From a virus, in IMG/VR virus record IMGVR_UViG_3300036826_000567, positions 34,898 to 98,897 of that record: 64,000 bases of DNA. The stretch is one strand, 5' to 3'. Both the position numbers and the translations under genes were made by a program. Positions 39,550 through 49,053 of the stretch are shown piece after piece; the stretch's first letter is position 1; each line of letters begins with the position of its first letter. The notes under the pieces are model-generated. The model had not been told where the DNA came from, searched no databases, and saw nothing but the letters and a program-made list of their open reading frames with translations.

Positions 39550-40818
39550 GTGGCCCTGTCTATGACGTTACATAAGACCCTCTGCTATGGCCTCGCTGGC
39601 TACCTCTGGCTTGCGCCGCTGGCGGCGAGCGCAGAATGGTTTGATAATGCTCGCAATGCCATCAATATCAATGCCCAGCAGTCCGACTATGGCGGGGCCT
39701 CGCTGCATGCGGGCATCAATCTGCGCACCGGCCATAGCACCACGACGCTCATGCGCGGTGAGGCCGGGATTGGCGGTGGCTGTGGCGCCTTTAACTTCGT
39801 GGGCTCGTTCAAAGAGGCGATGGAAGCGGTTCCCGACGTTATTAAGACCATCGCCGTGCAGTTCATCTCCTCGCTGCCGATGGTCATTGTCTGTAGCCTC
39901 CGGCCGATCCTCTGTGATGTGGCCAAGCACATCCAGCAATACATTAATTTTGTCCTGCAATCCAAGTATGCGCAGTGTCAGAGCGCCACCAACGCGGCGA
40001 TGTATGTGGGCCTGCGCATCCGGGGCGATCAGGTGTCCAAGTGCCTGGTGCAGCAGCAAGAGCAAGGGGCCACCCTGAACGCGGCGATGGAGACGTGTAA
40101 CAACAGTCCCTTTAGCCTCACCGGGCCGGATGGACAGCCGTATCGCGAGTTCAACCTCATTCAGAAGAGTCTCGAGTTTGCCGGGGCGTCGGACGAGACG
40201 AAAGCGGTCGCCAAAGACCTCCTCGGGGATATTACGCTGCGCGCGGGCAATAGCCTCGGGATCAATAGCACACAGTCTCCCGATGCGGTGCGTGGCAAAT
40301 TTGAAGCCTACCGGGATAAATATGACACGGCGCTCCGCACGGTGACGGACCAATATGTCGATGGGCAGGTCTCGAATGATGCGCTCCGTGCGGCCTCGAT
40401 TCCGGACAAGCCGTTGCCGATCCTTGCGGTGCAAGCGCTCGCCGCTGCCAAACAAGATCCCCGTGCCTATGAGGCACATATCTCCCGGCTCAGTACCGCC
40501 AGTGCCCTGAGTCAGCTCACGGTGGACTGCAACGAGCTGGAAGCTAAACTGTTTCAGGCGATGAACAGCAGTGAGCACCTGGGCAAGGAAGAACGTGAGG
40601 CGATGGAGCGGCAGTTGCAGGCGGTGCGCCTCGCGATTGCCGGCCTGAATGCCCAGGCCGAGATCCAGAATAAATACTATGACCCGGCCATCACGACGCT
40701 GATGACGGGCTATCAGGCGATGATGGACCGGGCCACGGCAGCGGGCCTCTCGGCCCCGGCGGTCACCGTGCCGCAACCGCGCTATGGCACGCAGTCGGCG
40801 CTGGGATACTCGCGATGA
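39550..40818 (+). CDS. traH: TraH-like / PFL_4711-like conjugative protein
   Basis: Signal peptide; GGGCGAFNFVGSF; SSLP..C..P.LC; C-terminal coiled coil. Confidence 0.65.
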   Translation: MALSMTLHKTLCYGLAGYLWLAPLAASAEWFDNARNAININAQQSDYGGASLHAGINLRTGHSTTTLMRGEAGIGGGCGAFNFVGSFKEAMEAVPDVIKTIAVQFISSLPMVIVCSLRPILCDVAKHIQQYINFVLQSKYAQCQSATNAAMYVGLRIRGDQVSKCLVQQQEQGATLNAAMETCNNSPFSLTGPDGQPYREFNLIQKSLEFAGASDETKAVAKDLLGDITLRAGNSLGINSTQSPDAVRGKFEAYRDKYDTALRTVTDQYVDGQVSNDALRAASIPDKPLPILAVQALAAAKQDPRAYEAHISRLSTASALSQLTVDCNELEAKLFQAMNSSEHLGKEEREAMERQLQAVRLAIAGLNAQAEIQNKYYDPAITTLMTGYQAMMDRATAAGLSAPAVTVPQPRYGTQSALGYSR

Positions 40819-42350
40819 TTGACTACTATGTGATGTCCTTTCCCGAAATGATTGGGTTGTTTCAGGGCCTGGAACTGCAAGCCATGTTGCGGACATGGCT
40901 CCCCTATCTGCCCTATCTGTTTCTGGTAGTGGGGGCCTTGATTCTGACCACACGAGCGAGCACGCAGGGAACGGTGTGGGCGTGGGTGCGTTTGGGGCTC
41001 TATGTCTTCTGGGGCTTCCTGCTTATTGCCCTGTTCTGGCCGGAAGTGAGTCCCTTTGGACGGGCGAAGCTCCTCAGTCCGTCGCAGATCGCCTCCTATC
41101 CGGCCAGTCAAGACCCCCAGGCACAAATGGTCACGGCGGGCGATACGCAGGAAGTCAGCAATCGCCCGGTGCTCGAAACACCAGGGTTCAAACTCATCCT
41201 GGGCTATCTGATTGATACCCCGCTCGGCTTTGCGCGCGCCCTCAACCCCAATACCCACCAGGTCTTTCGCCCCATGCAGTCGATTGCCTGGTATCTCGGC
41301 CTGGAGCTGACCGCGGAAGTGACGCGGAGTCTCGATGACTGGATTCAGGGCTGTTACAAGCCGGTCATGACCACGGATCAGGAGTTTCAGGACGCGATTA
41401 CCAGCAAGGACCTGATGCCATGGGGTGAGGGACCGGTGGCGCGTGCTCTGGCGACGAGGCAAACGGTGCCGGGGTCCTCAACCGGCGGACGGTATCTGCG
41501 CACCACACGGCCTCTCGGCACGCTCTTCCTGGCCAATCCCGACAGCCCCAGTACCGTGCGGTGTGATGTCTACCTCCGCGCCGTCGAACTGGATGTGCAG
41601 CGCTGGCTCTTTGAGACCAAATCGCCTGCCGGTGCCCCCCTGTCCCAGGTCTTTCAGGAAGACTTTGGGCGCACCGTGGATGAGCAAGCCAAGTGGCTGA
41701 TCTACCGTGACATCCTCAAGCTGATTGATCGTCCGTCTATCGTTCCTGGCCTGGGCGGCATCTATGCCGGCCTCTCCAGCGGCAATAGCCTGCGCGGGGC
41801 CGTGACGGGTGCGGTTACGGGGGCTATAGGCGGGGCGGCATACGGCGGTTACGGGGCCGGTGCAGGGGCTCTTGTGGGGGGATTGATCGGCTTCTGGAAT
41901 GCCGGCCAGGGCCAATTTGCTGATGTCTTGCGAACCATTACCTGGACGGTGGGCATGGCCATGGTGTTTATCTGGTCGGCTCCTGAGATTTTTGGCACGG
42001 CCTTGCTGATCCTGATCGGGCTCTTTCCGATCCCCTTCCTCTTCATGTTGACCCCATTTGCCGGCTTCAAGTCCGTCTTCATGTATTTCCTGACACTGCT
42101 CTATGTGTGCTGCTCGCCGCTCTGGTTTGCGCTGATTGACCTTCGGATGCGCGCCGCTATGGCAACAGCACCGCAGAGCCAAGACGCGATGCTGGGGCTG
42201 CTCAACTGGGCACCGCAGCAAGCCGCTGGTGCGCGGGCCGTGGTGGTTGGGCTCTTTGTCGTGTCTGTCGTCGGGGGGATTATGTTCTTTTCACTGGCCC
42301 GTGGGGTGGCTGGCAATATCGCTGGTGCGCTCCGTGCGTCACAAGGCTAG
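40815..42350 (+). CDS. traG: TraG N-terminal-like (VirB6-like) membrane protein
   Basis: N-terminal TMs, periplasmic domain with conserved Cys (GCYKP, VRCD), C-terminal TM bundle. Confidence 0.7.
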   Translation: MIDYYVMSFPEMIGLFQGLELQAMLRTWLPYLPYLFLVVGALILTTRASTQGTVWAWVRLGLYVFWGFLLIALFWPEVSPFGRAKLLSPSQIASYPASQDPQAQMVTAGDTQEVSNRPVLETPGFKLILGYLIDTPLGFARALNPNTHQVFRPMQSIAWYLGLELTAEVTRSLDDWIQGCYKPVMTTDQEFQDAITSKDLMPWGEGPVARALATRQTVPGSSTGGRYLRTTRPLGTLFLANPDSPSTVRCDVYLRAVELDVQRWLFETKSPAGAPLSQVFQEDFGRTVDEQAKWLIYRDILKLIDRPSIVPGLGGIYAGLSSGNSLRGAVTGAVTGAIGGAAYGGYGAGAGALVGGLIGFWNAGQGQFADVLRTITWTVGMAMVFIWSAPEIFGTALLILIGLFPIPFLFMLTPFAGFKSVFMYFLTLLYVCCSPLWFALIDLRMRAAMATAPQSQDAMLGLLNWAPQQAAGARAVVVGLFVVSVVGGIMFFSLARGVAGNIAGALRASQG

Positions 42351-42361
42351 AAAGGCTGATT

Positions 42362-42889
42362 ATGGAAAACACCGTGGTTATCACCGTCATTCTGCTGGTG
42401 CTGAGTTGTCTCATGGTCGCTCTCTGGGGCTCACGGAAAGAGTGGGCCTCGCGGCGCTGCCCCTTCTGCCGAGTCTATGTGTCCGTGCAGGCGACGGTAT
42501 GCTGGCGCTGCACCCGGGAGCTTCCGCCTCGCGGCACGAAGTATGCTATGCCCGTTCTTGTGGCTGGACTGCTCCTTGCTGGGACTGCCCAGGCACAATT
42601 CTTGAGCCCGACCGCGTGTGCTCGGATGAGCTTCTTTGCCGAAGAGGACTGCTCACCGCTGCCGGTCATCGCCCCTGTCCCGCCTCCTCCTGCCGCCGCC
42701 CCCTTGTTCACGAAGGAAACAGTTTCCCCGTACACTGCACCTGAACTCTTGGCCCTCTCGAATGACCGGACTCTCGAGAATGCCCGCTTCTATGTCCGGC
42801 GGCAGATCGAGCGCAACAACGCCACTGAGGAAGTGACGCGGTTGGTGCAACAAGCCTGGGACGAAGTAGGACGGCCCCATGTGCCGTAA
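42362..42889 (+). CDS. Protein with zinc ribbon and TraF-N-terminus-like helix (possible internal start at 42548)
   Basis: CPFC..CWRC; second signal-like stretch MPVLVAGLLLAGTAQA; 'RTLENARFYVRRQ' recalls the TraF PT.EN..Y..Q motif; no thioredoxin domain. Confidence 0.4.
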   Translation: MENTVVITVILLVLSCLMVALWGSRKEWASRRCPFCRVYVSVQATVCWRCTRELPPRGTKYAMPVLVAGLLLAGTAQAQFLSPTACARMSFFAEEDCSPLPVIAPVPPPPAAAPLFTKETVSPYTAPELLALSNDRTLENARFYVRRQIERNNATEEVTRLVQQAWDEVGRPHVP

Positions 42890-44159
42890 CGCGCTGCTGC
42901 TCGTCCTGTGTTTCGTCTCCTGGGCCGAGGCTGGTGACCATCTCCTATCATGGAAATATCAGCTAGACCTCCAACCCCAGGTGAAATATGTCCTCAACAT
43001 CGTGTCGATGAGAGGCGATAAACCCTTCATGGAGGAGCGCTGGATTGACCCCCTCTCGCGCCAAGAGTGCAGCCAATATACGATCGAGGGCGCAACGGCT
43101 GAGACCCAGTGTGCCGCGATCTGTCTGGACCCCGGTGACTATAGCCTGACGCTCTATGCTACGGCGGGCGATGTGCGCAGCCCGCGTAGCGTGCCCGTAC
43201 TCGATGTGGACCTGAGTACGGAGACCCCGTGCGCCGGTCCACCGCCTGGCCAGAAAACCCCGTTTCCAACCGTACCGGTGATCGCCGGCGTTACCGTGGG
43301 CGGAGGCGCCGCAGCCTATGCCGCCTTGCAAGCCCGTGACGAGGTTGCCCCGCTGCTTACCGGCATGGTCAACATGGGCTGCGTGACGTGGAAAGTGCTG
43401 GGTCCCTGTTTCTGCGGCCCAGCGGCCTGCGTGCAGGTGGAATACTGGGAGCCGGGCTGGCTCGTCGAGACCTCTATCCGCCCTGGCGATACGTCGTTAC
43501 CAGCGCCCTTTGGGTCGCTCGTGTCCGCAGCCATTGCCGCCGTCGCCCCCACCATCGGTGCCAGTGGGGGTGCTGGGGTCGCCACCAGCAGCAATATCCG
43601 CTTTGGCGATGTCCATGTGATTAGCCTGCCCAACCTCTTCGGCGGTCCCTGTACCGGCTGCGTGCCCTCCGGGGCCCCAGCCTTGAACTATGCGAGCGAG
43701 CTGGATGCGCCGAGTTGGCGGGTCGTTCCCCCCGTCGTCGGTCCGCTGGCGTTAGCGCTGCAGATTGGTTTCTGGGGTCCGCTCTATCCCCGCGTGGGGC
43801 ATGTGATCCATAGCTCGCCAGTGATTGCGAGCGGACTCCAGGCGGTGCGCGGGCTCAATATTGCGTTTCAGCCGGTGGGCGTGAACCCTCCGCCGGATGT
43901 CCATGTGGTGACCGCCCCGACCGATGGCACAAGTTTCTGTTGCCAACTCGCCGCCCCTCGCCAGACCCCGTGCTTCACTGCAGGGAGCCCGCCACCCTTC
44001 TTTGAACTCGGCTCAGGGAGTGTGTCCGGGAAGTACGCGTGGATTTTTTGGCGACGCAGGACGTGTTGTCTGCCCGCGCCGCCGGTGCCCTGTGGCATTG
44101 CCGCCCTCGGGTTGACGCAACCGCCGCAGAACGCCTGTCTGCCTCTTTCCACCCCGTAG
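42879..44159 (+). CDS. traU: TraU-like protein with extra N-terminal domain
   Basis: C..WKVLGPCFC..VEYWEP..VET; YASELD; WGPLYPR.G; YAWIFWRRRTCC. Confidence 0.85.
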   Translation: MCRNALLLVLCFVSWAEAGDHLLSWKYQLDLQPQVKYVLNIVSMRGDKPFMEERWIDPLSRQECSQYTIEGATAETQCAAICLDPGDYSLTLYATAGDVRSPRSVPVLDVDLSTETPCAGPPPGQKTPFPTVPVIAGVTVGGGAAAYAALQARDEVAPLLTGMVNMGCVTWKVLGPCFCGPAACVQVEYWEPGWLVETSIRPGDTSLPAPFGSLVSAAIAAVAPTIGASGGAGVATSSNIRFGDVHVISLPNLFGGPCTGCVPSGAPALNYASELDAPSWRVVPPVVGPLALALQIGFWGPLYPRVGHVIHSSPVIASGLQAVRGLNIAFQPVGVNPPPDVHVVTAPTDGTSFCCQLAAPRQTPCFTAGSPPPFFELGSGSVSGKYAWIFWRRRTCCLPAPPVPCGIAALGLTQPPQNACLPLSTP

Positions 44160-44390
44160 AAAGGGCTCATATGCTACTGCTCATCCTGTTTTTGGGACTG
44201 TGTTGGTGCTTAGGAACCGGCCTTTGGAACTACGTCAATCATCGCCGCTGGTCCCTCTGTACCCATACCAAAGGCGTGCATCAAGTGGTGCTCCCACCAG
44301 AAGTCTGTCCAGAAATCGCCATTTATCGGGTGATCTGTAACCGTTGCGGCGTGCAGTTGGGGGAATTTCACTATCCAAGAATGATGAACT

Positions 44391-44795
44391 ATGACTGATC
44401 CTCATGAGAAAGGATGCTCCATGGTTGCTGCGCTCAAGGTGAAACGTGTATCGACCCCGAAATGGGACCGCTGGCAGTCGACGGCGGTGGCGAAAAAGTA
44501 CCTGTCAGTCGAGATGCGCCAGTCGGGCTATACCATCGTACGTGTGTCTCCCGCCTGCCGTGAGGCGTTTGTCGATACGGCGGCGCTGATGCGGGCCTAT
44601 GGCGAATGGGCCGGTCGTGAGCAGATGCCCACGATCATCGATCACGCCTTCAAGACCTGGTGGCAATGGTCGTATCGCCTGTATGCCGTGCTCTACCGCA
44701 TGCTGGACAAGCGGTCTGGGGCAGTGCCGCCGATCCCGGCCAGCCTGGATGCCTTTGTCTCCCATGGGGAAGCCTTCTATGCCGACAAAAGTTAA
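44391..44795 (+). CDS. Hypothetical protein
   Basis: Operonic; coupled to neighbours. Confidence 0.5.
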   Translation: MTDPHEKGCSMVAALKVKRVSTPKWDRWQSTAVAKKYLSVEMRQSGYTIVRVSPACREAFVDTAALMRAYGEWAGREQMPTIIDHAFKTWWQWSYRLYAVLYRMLDKRSGAVPPIPASLDAFVSHGEAFYADKS

Positions 44796-45036
44796 GGCGC
44801 GGACGGACGTGGTCGTATGTTGTCTGGCGGCTGGGCTGTTCGCGGTCCTCTCCGCCGTGGAGTTTCCTGCGGCCTATGCCGCCCCTGCGCATACCTGGCT
44901 GGCACACGGCCTGGCGGGGCTCTGGCTCGGCGTCTGCTGTGTGCGGGTGCAGCATACTAGTCGCCAGCGCTGGCATTTGAGCCACAATACACCGGTGGCG
45001 ATGTCGGCCACTGCGGTGCGTAAACTGTATGACTGA
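44779..45036 (+). CDS. Two-TM protein equivalent to the membrane anchor of TraD
   Basis: Two TM helices; ends RKLYD* one base out of frame with the TraD start. Confidence 0.55.
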   Translation: MPTKVKARTDVVVCCLAAGLFAVLSAVEFPAAYAAPAHTWLAHGLAGLWLGVCCVRVQHTSRQRWHLSHNTPVAMSATAVRKLYD

Positions 45037-46582
45037 CGCCAGCGGACGCCTCTATTTTGGGCAGGGATTTCGGTGGCACCAGCAGCACACGCAGCAGATC
45101 GAATCCCTCATTTTCCATGACGGGTATGTGCCCACCGCCACGGATAGCCAGGGGGGGTGCCCGGCCTTTGCCGCCGTTGGCGCACGTGAGGCGCGTCCCG
45201 TCTGGCTGGATGACAGCCGTCTTGAAGGGCACGTCGGCGTCGTGAGCACGACCGGCTCGGGCAAAACGTCGCTCTTCAAGATGCTCATCCTCGGCAGTAT
45301 TCCGCAGCGGGGGCCAACCATCGTGATTGATCCCAAGTTCGACAGACCCGATGATCTTTGCCTGCCTACGGCACTTGCTGCGTATCGGGCCGGCAAACGT
45401 TTTGTGCTCATCATGCCGGCCTTCTATCGCCATTCCGCCCATATGAACGTCCTGGATACCGCGGAAGAGGCTCCAGAAGTCGTCGCTCGCATCCAGGCGC
45501 TGCTCCCTGGTGGAGGCGGGAGCGTTGGTGAGCCCTTCTTTAACGAGTTCGCGCTGGGCTTGATCCAGCGCATTGCCACCGCACAGCAACGCCTGCGGCA
45601 GCCGTGGACGCTGGAAGGTGTGTACCGGGCGGCGCTCTATCCCCAGGCTCTCCGTCAACTTCTCAGTGACTATCTCGGCGCGCTCGGGTTCGCTGGTCCC
45701 TTGCGGGACGCGACCCAAGCCTATCAGGCCAGCGGTCTCCAGGACCTGGTGGCCGATGGGCTCATTAATGATCAGCGGCGTGATCCTGACCATTTTCAGC
45801 GCATTTCGACCTCCCTTGATCCGGCCTTTCGTGGCGTCATTGGGCAACCCTATGGCGATCTCTTCAGCGATCTGACGACGGATGTGACCTGGACCAACAT
45901 CGTCCGCGAAGAGATGGTGGTCTATATCGGGCTCAGTAGTCTCATCCTGCAAGAGATGGCCAACCGCATCGGGCGCATTATCCTGCAAGACCTGGTGGGC
46001 TACCTGGGGCGGCGTTCGACGCGGGAGCCCATCGCCTCCGCTGCGACCATTCGCGTCTTTATCGATGAGTTTGGGGATATCATGTATCCCCTCTTTACCA
46101 ACGCGCTCAATAAGGGGCGCAGTCCCAAAGCCCGCTTCTTCCTGGCCATGCAAAGCCTGGCGGACCCGGAATCCGCCTCCAGCCCGGTCGAAGCGAAGCG
46201 CGTCCTGGACAATCTCGGGACGCAAATCTGGATGCGGCAAGCCAGCGCTGAGACGGCGGAGATCGTCTCCCGGGGCTTCGGACTGTGTCGCGTCATGTTG
46301 CCAGATACCCGCGTCGGGCAGGGGATGGGAGGCCAGGGTGGCCTCAGTGCCAATGCCTCACGCGGTCTGACGCCTGAATCTGCCTCGCTGCTTGACCTGA
46401 CCTGGTTCACGCAATTACCCAAAGGCCACGCCTTCATGCGGCTCGATGGGGAGCCCTGGTATCTGCAAGTGCCCTATGTCACGCCCTTCACCCGGCGCGA
46501 TATGCTCGGTCTCGACGCCTCATTGCTGGGGATGTCGACGGTTCTTCAACTGCCTCAAGGAAAGGAATCTGCCCATGTCTAG
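45029..46582 (+). CDS. traD: Type IV coupling protein TraD (SXT/PFGI-1-like)
   Basis: LYFGQGFRW..HTQ; Walker A STTGSGKT; VIDPK; Walker B VFIDEF; LNKGR; Q..AD. Confidence 0.92.
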   Translation: MTDASGRLYFGQGFRWHQQHTQQIESLIFHDGYVPTATDSQGGCPAFAAVGAREARPVWLDDSRLEGHVGVVSTTGSGKTSLFKMLILGSIPQRGPTIVIDPKFDRPDDLCLPTALAAYRAGKRFVLIMPAFYRHSAHMNVLDTAEEAPEVVARIQALLPGGGGSVGEPFFNEFALGLIQRIATAQQRLRQPWTLEGVYRAALYPQALRQLLSDYLGALGFAGPLRDATQAYQASGLQDLVADGLINDQRRDPDHFQRISTSLDPAFRGVIGQPYGDLFSDLTTDVTWTNIVREEMVVYIGLSSLILQEMANRIGRIILQDLVGYLGRRSTREPIASAATIRVFIDEFGDIMYPLFTNALNKGRSPKARFFLAMQSLADPESASSPVEAKRVLDNLGTQIWMRQASAETAEIVSRGFGLCRVMLPDTRVGQGMGGQGGLSANASRGLTPESASLLDLTWFTQLPKGHAFMRLDGEPWYLQVPYVTPFTRRDMLGLDASLLGMSTVLQLPQGKESAHV

Positions 46583-46952
46583 GACCATCAGCCTCCTGCT
46601 CGCCCTCACCGTGTTTGGCTGTGCCACGCTTGGTCGGCGTGTGAACGAAGGACAACTCACAGATTTTGTCCCTGGAGAAACCACCTATTTTGAGGTGGTC
46701 GCAACCCTCGGCCTCCCGACCAATGAGCTGCGCAATCCTGATGGCACACGCCAGATTGTGTATGCCTATCAGCATGACCAGATCAATCCCGAAGCGGTGA
46801 TTCCCGGCGTCGGGATGCTGTTTAAGGAGCGCAGCACCGAGTATGCGCAGACCACCATCTACTTTGATCAGCAGAACCGCTACCTCTCTTACTCTCAAAG
46901 TCAGGGCCGCACCGACTATGGGCGCGGGCCGATTGCCGGTGGCCGCCAATGA
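46575..46952 (+). CDS. SmpA/OmlA(BamE)-like lipoprotein
   Basis: Lipobox VFGC; G.TT..EVVATLGLP..DGTR..YAY..IYFD. Confidence 0.65.
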   Translation: MSRTISLLLALTVFGCATLGRRVNEGQLTDFVPGETTYFEVVATLGLPTNELRNPDGTRQIVYAYQHDQINPEAVIPGVGMLFKERSTEYAQTTIYFDQQNRYLSYSQSQGRTDYGRGPIAGGRQ

Positions 46953-47290
46953 AGAAAGGATCTGCAATGCCGCTCTTATCCTCCGCATTCTTGGTCGCAC
47001 TCTTATGGGCGCAGCATGTTCCCATGACGTGTACGCCTGCTGGCGCATGCCAGATGGATGGCACTCCGACCCTGACGGTTGTGGCCAACTTTGAGAGCTG
47101 GGAACTGTGCCAAGATGCTCAACAGAGGTGGACACAGGCAGCGCATGTTGGCCTGCTTGCCCGCTATCATCCCCAGGTCGGGGAGCCTTTTCAGATGATC
47201 GACACGCTCTATCGTTGTGAGGAGCCCGGGGATGAGCCCCCTCGCGTGCAGGGACTTACCTTCACGTTTCCTCCCAAGCGACCTTCCTAG
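46949..47290 (+). CDS. Secreted hypothetical protein
   Basis: Hydrophobic leader; Cys pairs. Confidence 0.5.
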   Translation: MKKGSAMPLLSSAFLVALLWAQHVPMTCTPAGACQMDGTPTLTVVANFESWELCQDAQQRWTQAAHVGLLARYHPQVGEPFQMIDTLYRCEEPGDEPPRVQGLTFTFPPKRPS

Positions 47291-47341
47291 AGGGATCGAC
47301 ATTGTCCCTCTCCCTGTCCCGTAGCGACTACGGGATGCCCT

Positions 47342-47367
47342 GCCTCCCGGCGATTTGGGAGGTTTTT
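47342..47367 (+). terminator. Intrinsic terminator ending the tra operon
   Basis: CCTCCC-loop-GGGAGG followed by TTTTT. Confidence 0.6.
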
Positions 47368-47390
47368 GTCCCCAAGACAAGGAGTCGTTC

Positions 47391-47603
47391 GTGAAGAGAA
47401 TGACCATCGAAGTGCCAGAAGACGTCTGCGTGGCCATTGAGGACGAGGCCGTGCGTGAGTTCCGCACGCCGCCTCAGCAAGCCAGTTATCTCCTCCTGAT
47501 CTGGGCGCGTGAGCAACAGACGAGGCGCCAGAAGACCGAAAAAGCCGCGCCTGGGGGAATGCGGGCGCGGGGTGACGAGGTGCTAAACGGGGCAGCGGTC
47601 TAG
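47391..47603 (+). CDS. Ribbon-helix-helix (Arc-like) protein, possible relaxosome accessory
   Basis: KRMTIEVPEDVCVAIEDEA..FRT..QQA.YLL; AAGGAG RBS. Confidence 0.55.
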   Translation: MKRMTIEVPEDVCVAIEDEAVREFRTPPQQASYLLLIWAREQQTRRQKTEKAAPGGMRARGDEVLNGAAV

Positions 47604-47795
47604 CCCTTCTCCTTCCTCTCCCACGCCGGGCCGGTGTCCCCTTTCCGGCCCCCCCTCTCTCGCATTTTCCCCAGCCGGTTCTCAGGATGACGCCACCTGT
47701 CCGCATCGTCATGCAGGCGGCAATAACAAGGCAGGTGAGCAGCCAAGGACGCCTGATCGCGGCTGGCGGCGAGACAATCGTGTGGTAAAACGATC

Positions 47796-47825
47796 TTGAC
47801 TTTTGTGCCGCAAACAGGGTACATT
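47796..47825 (+). promoter_or_regulatory. Sigma70-type promoter
   Basis: TTGACT-N18-TACATT immediately upstream of the structured region. Confidence 0.55.
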
Positions 47826-47831
47826 GTCGCA

Positions 47832-48245
47832 TCTGATGTGCTGGGGACACATCCTGCTTCGGCAGTGCACGCGGGAGCGTGCGGAGTCATCACAGCTGCT
47901 ACCCATACTCCTAGCAGCAGCAGTACCGACCGCATCGTTCAGGTGCGGCGGGTGTCGCGGGGATGCAAGAGGCCCCTTGGAGCAGCAGCTCCACGACGCC
48001 GATCGAACGCATCGGCGGTAGACACGTTTTCCCATGTTCGCCACAACTGAAGAGTGGTCTGTGCCATCGCGCATGGCTACGTCCGCGTCAGGGATTGGGC
48101 ACCCGCCACTGCGGCTAGCACCGATGGTCCGACGTGTGTGGACGGCATGTCGTCTCAGGTACGAGCTGTCGAGCCGCCGTACGTGAGACACCCACATGAC
48201 TGGCACAGGGTCAGTCGTGATGTCGAGGACTCAGCCCAGATCAAG
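47832..48245 (+). ncRNA. Candidate large structured RNA or ssDNA element (unassigned)
   Basis: More than ten consecutive stem-loops, including CTGC-TTCG-GCAG and GCACGC-GGGA-GCGTGC; long-range helix 47947-47956/48098-48107. Confidence 0.55.
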
Positions 48246-48266
48246 GATCATAGAGGAGAATCTACT

Positions 48267-48800
48267 ATGACAGGGCACCAGCAGACAGGGCTAGCGCAGG
48301 TGAAGGCGCTGGTGGTCGCAGTGAGAGGGTTTCTGGAAGGGACACGCGTGCGGGCGGCCTGGATGGAGCCGGCATGCTATGTGTTGTTTGGCGTCGCGAT
48401 GATGGCGCTGGCAACACAGGCGCATTTTCTGTGGGCCGTGATCCCGCTCGGCGGGATTGGGGTGATCTGTGGGATTGGGCGCCACTTGGAGACCCTGGAA
48501 TGGCAGGAGCAGGCGGAGGCGCTGGAAGCGGACACGATCTGCTGGCGCTATGGGATGGAGGACGGAACCGCCCAGCAAGTGCTGTTCGAGTGGCAGGAAT
48601 TTCTCGAGCAGGGGGAAGACGCGTGTGATCCGTTTGAGGGGCTACCACCGCAAGGCCAGGCAGCCAGGGGCAGTGCAACTGCCGCGTCGATGGCAGCGGA
48701 GCTCAACGTTCCGCACGAGTCATCGATGGTGGGCGAGCAGCCAGGGGATGACGTCTGGGGCCATTATTGGTTCTGCGACGAAGTCCCGGATCTGGACTAA
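48267..48800 (+). CDS. Hypothetical membrane protein with acidic tail
   Basis: AGAGGAG RBS; two TM helices. Confidence 0.55.
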   Translation: MTGHQQTGLAQVKALVVAVRGFLEGTRVRAAWMEPACYVLFGVAMMALATQAHFLWAVIPLGGIGVICGIGRHLETLEWQEQAEALEADTICWRYGMEDGTAQQVLFEWQEFLEQGEDACDPFEGLPPQGQAARGSATAASMAAELNVPHESSMVGEQPGDDVWGHYWFCDEVPDLD

Positions 48801-49053
48801 GCCACCAGCAGGACGCTGAAGGGCACGCAGAGGGGGTGGGAGCACTCGGCCCCCTCGGCGTGGAGAGCGACGAGTGTTGACATAGAGTCGGTTGGACGGT
48901 TCATGCGGACTGAAGCCGGCCCTCGAAAAAGAGCGCGGGTCGTCAGCCTACGGGGGTCAGTCCAGATCATCACACATCCCGAGGGAAGGAGACACGGGCA
49001 TGCAAGGACCGTGGGCTCAGGGAGTAGCACTCAACACATGGAAGGCAGGTGTG

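Noticed and set aside
48040-48080. CTGAAGA resembling a hammerhead ribozyme core
   Set aside because: The required GAAA after stem II is absent (it reads CGCGC).
48170-48205. GAGCCGCCGTACG resembling group II intron domain V
   Set aside because: The complementary 3' strand of domain V is missing, and there is no RT/maturase.
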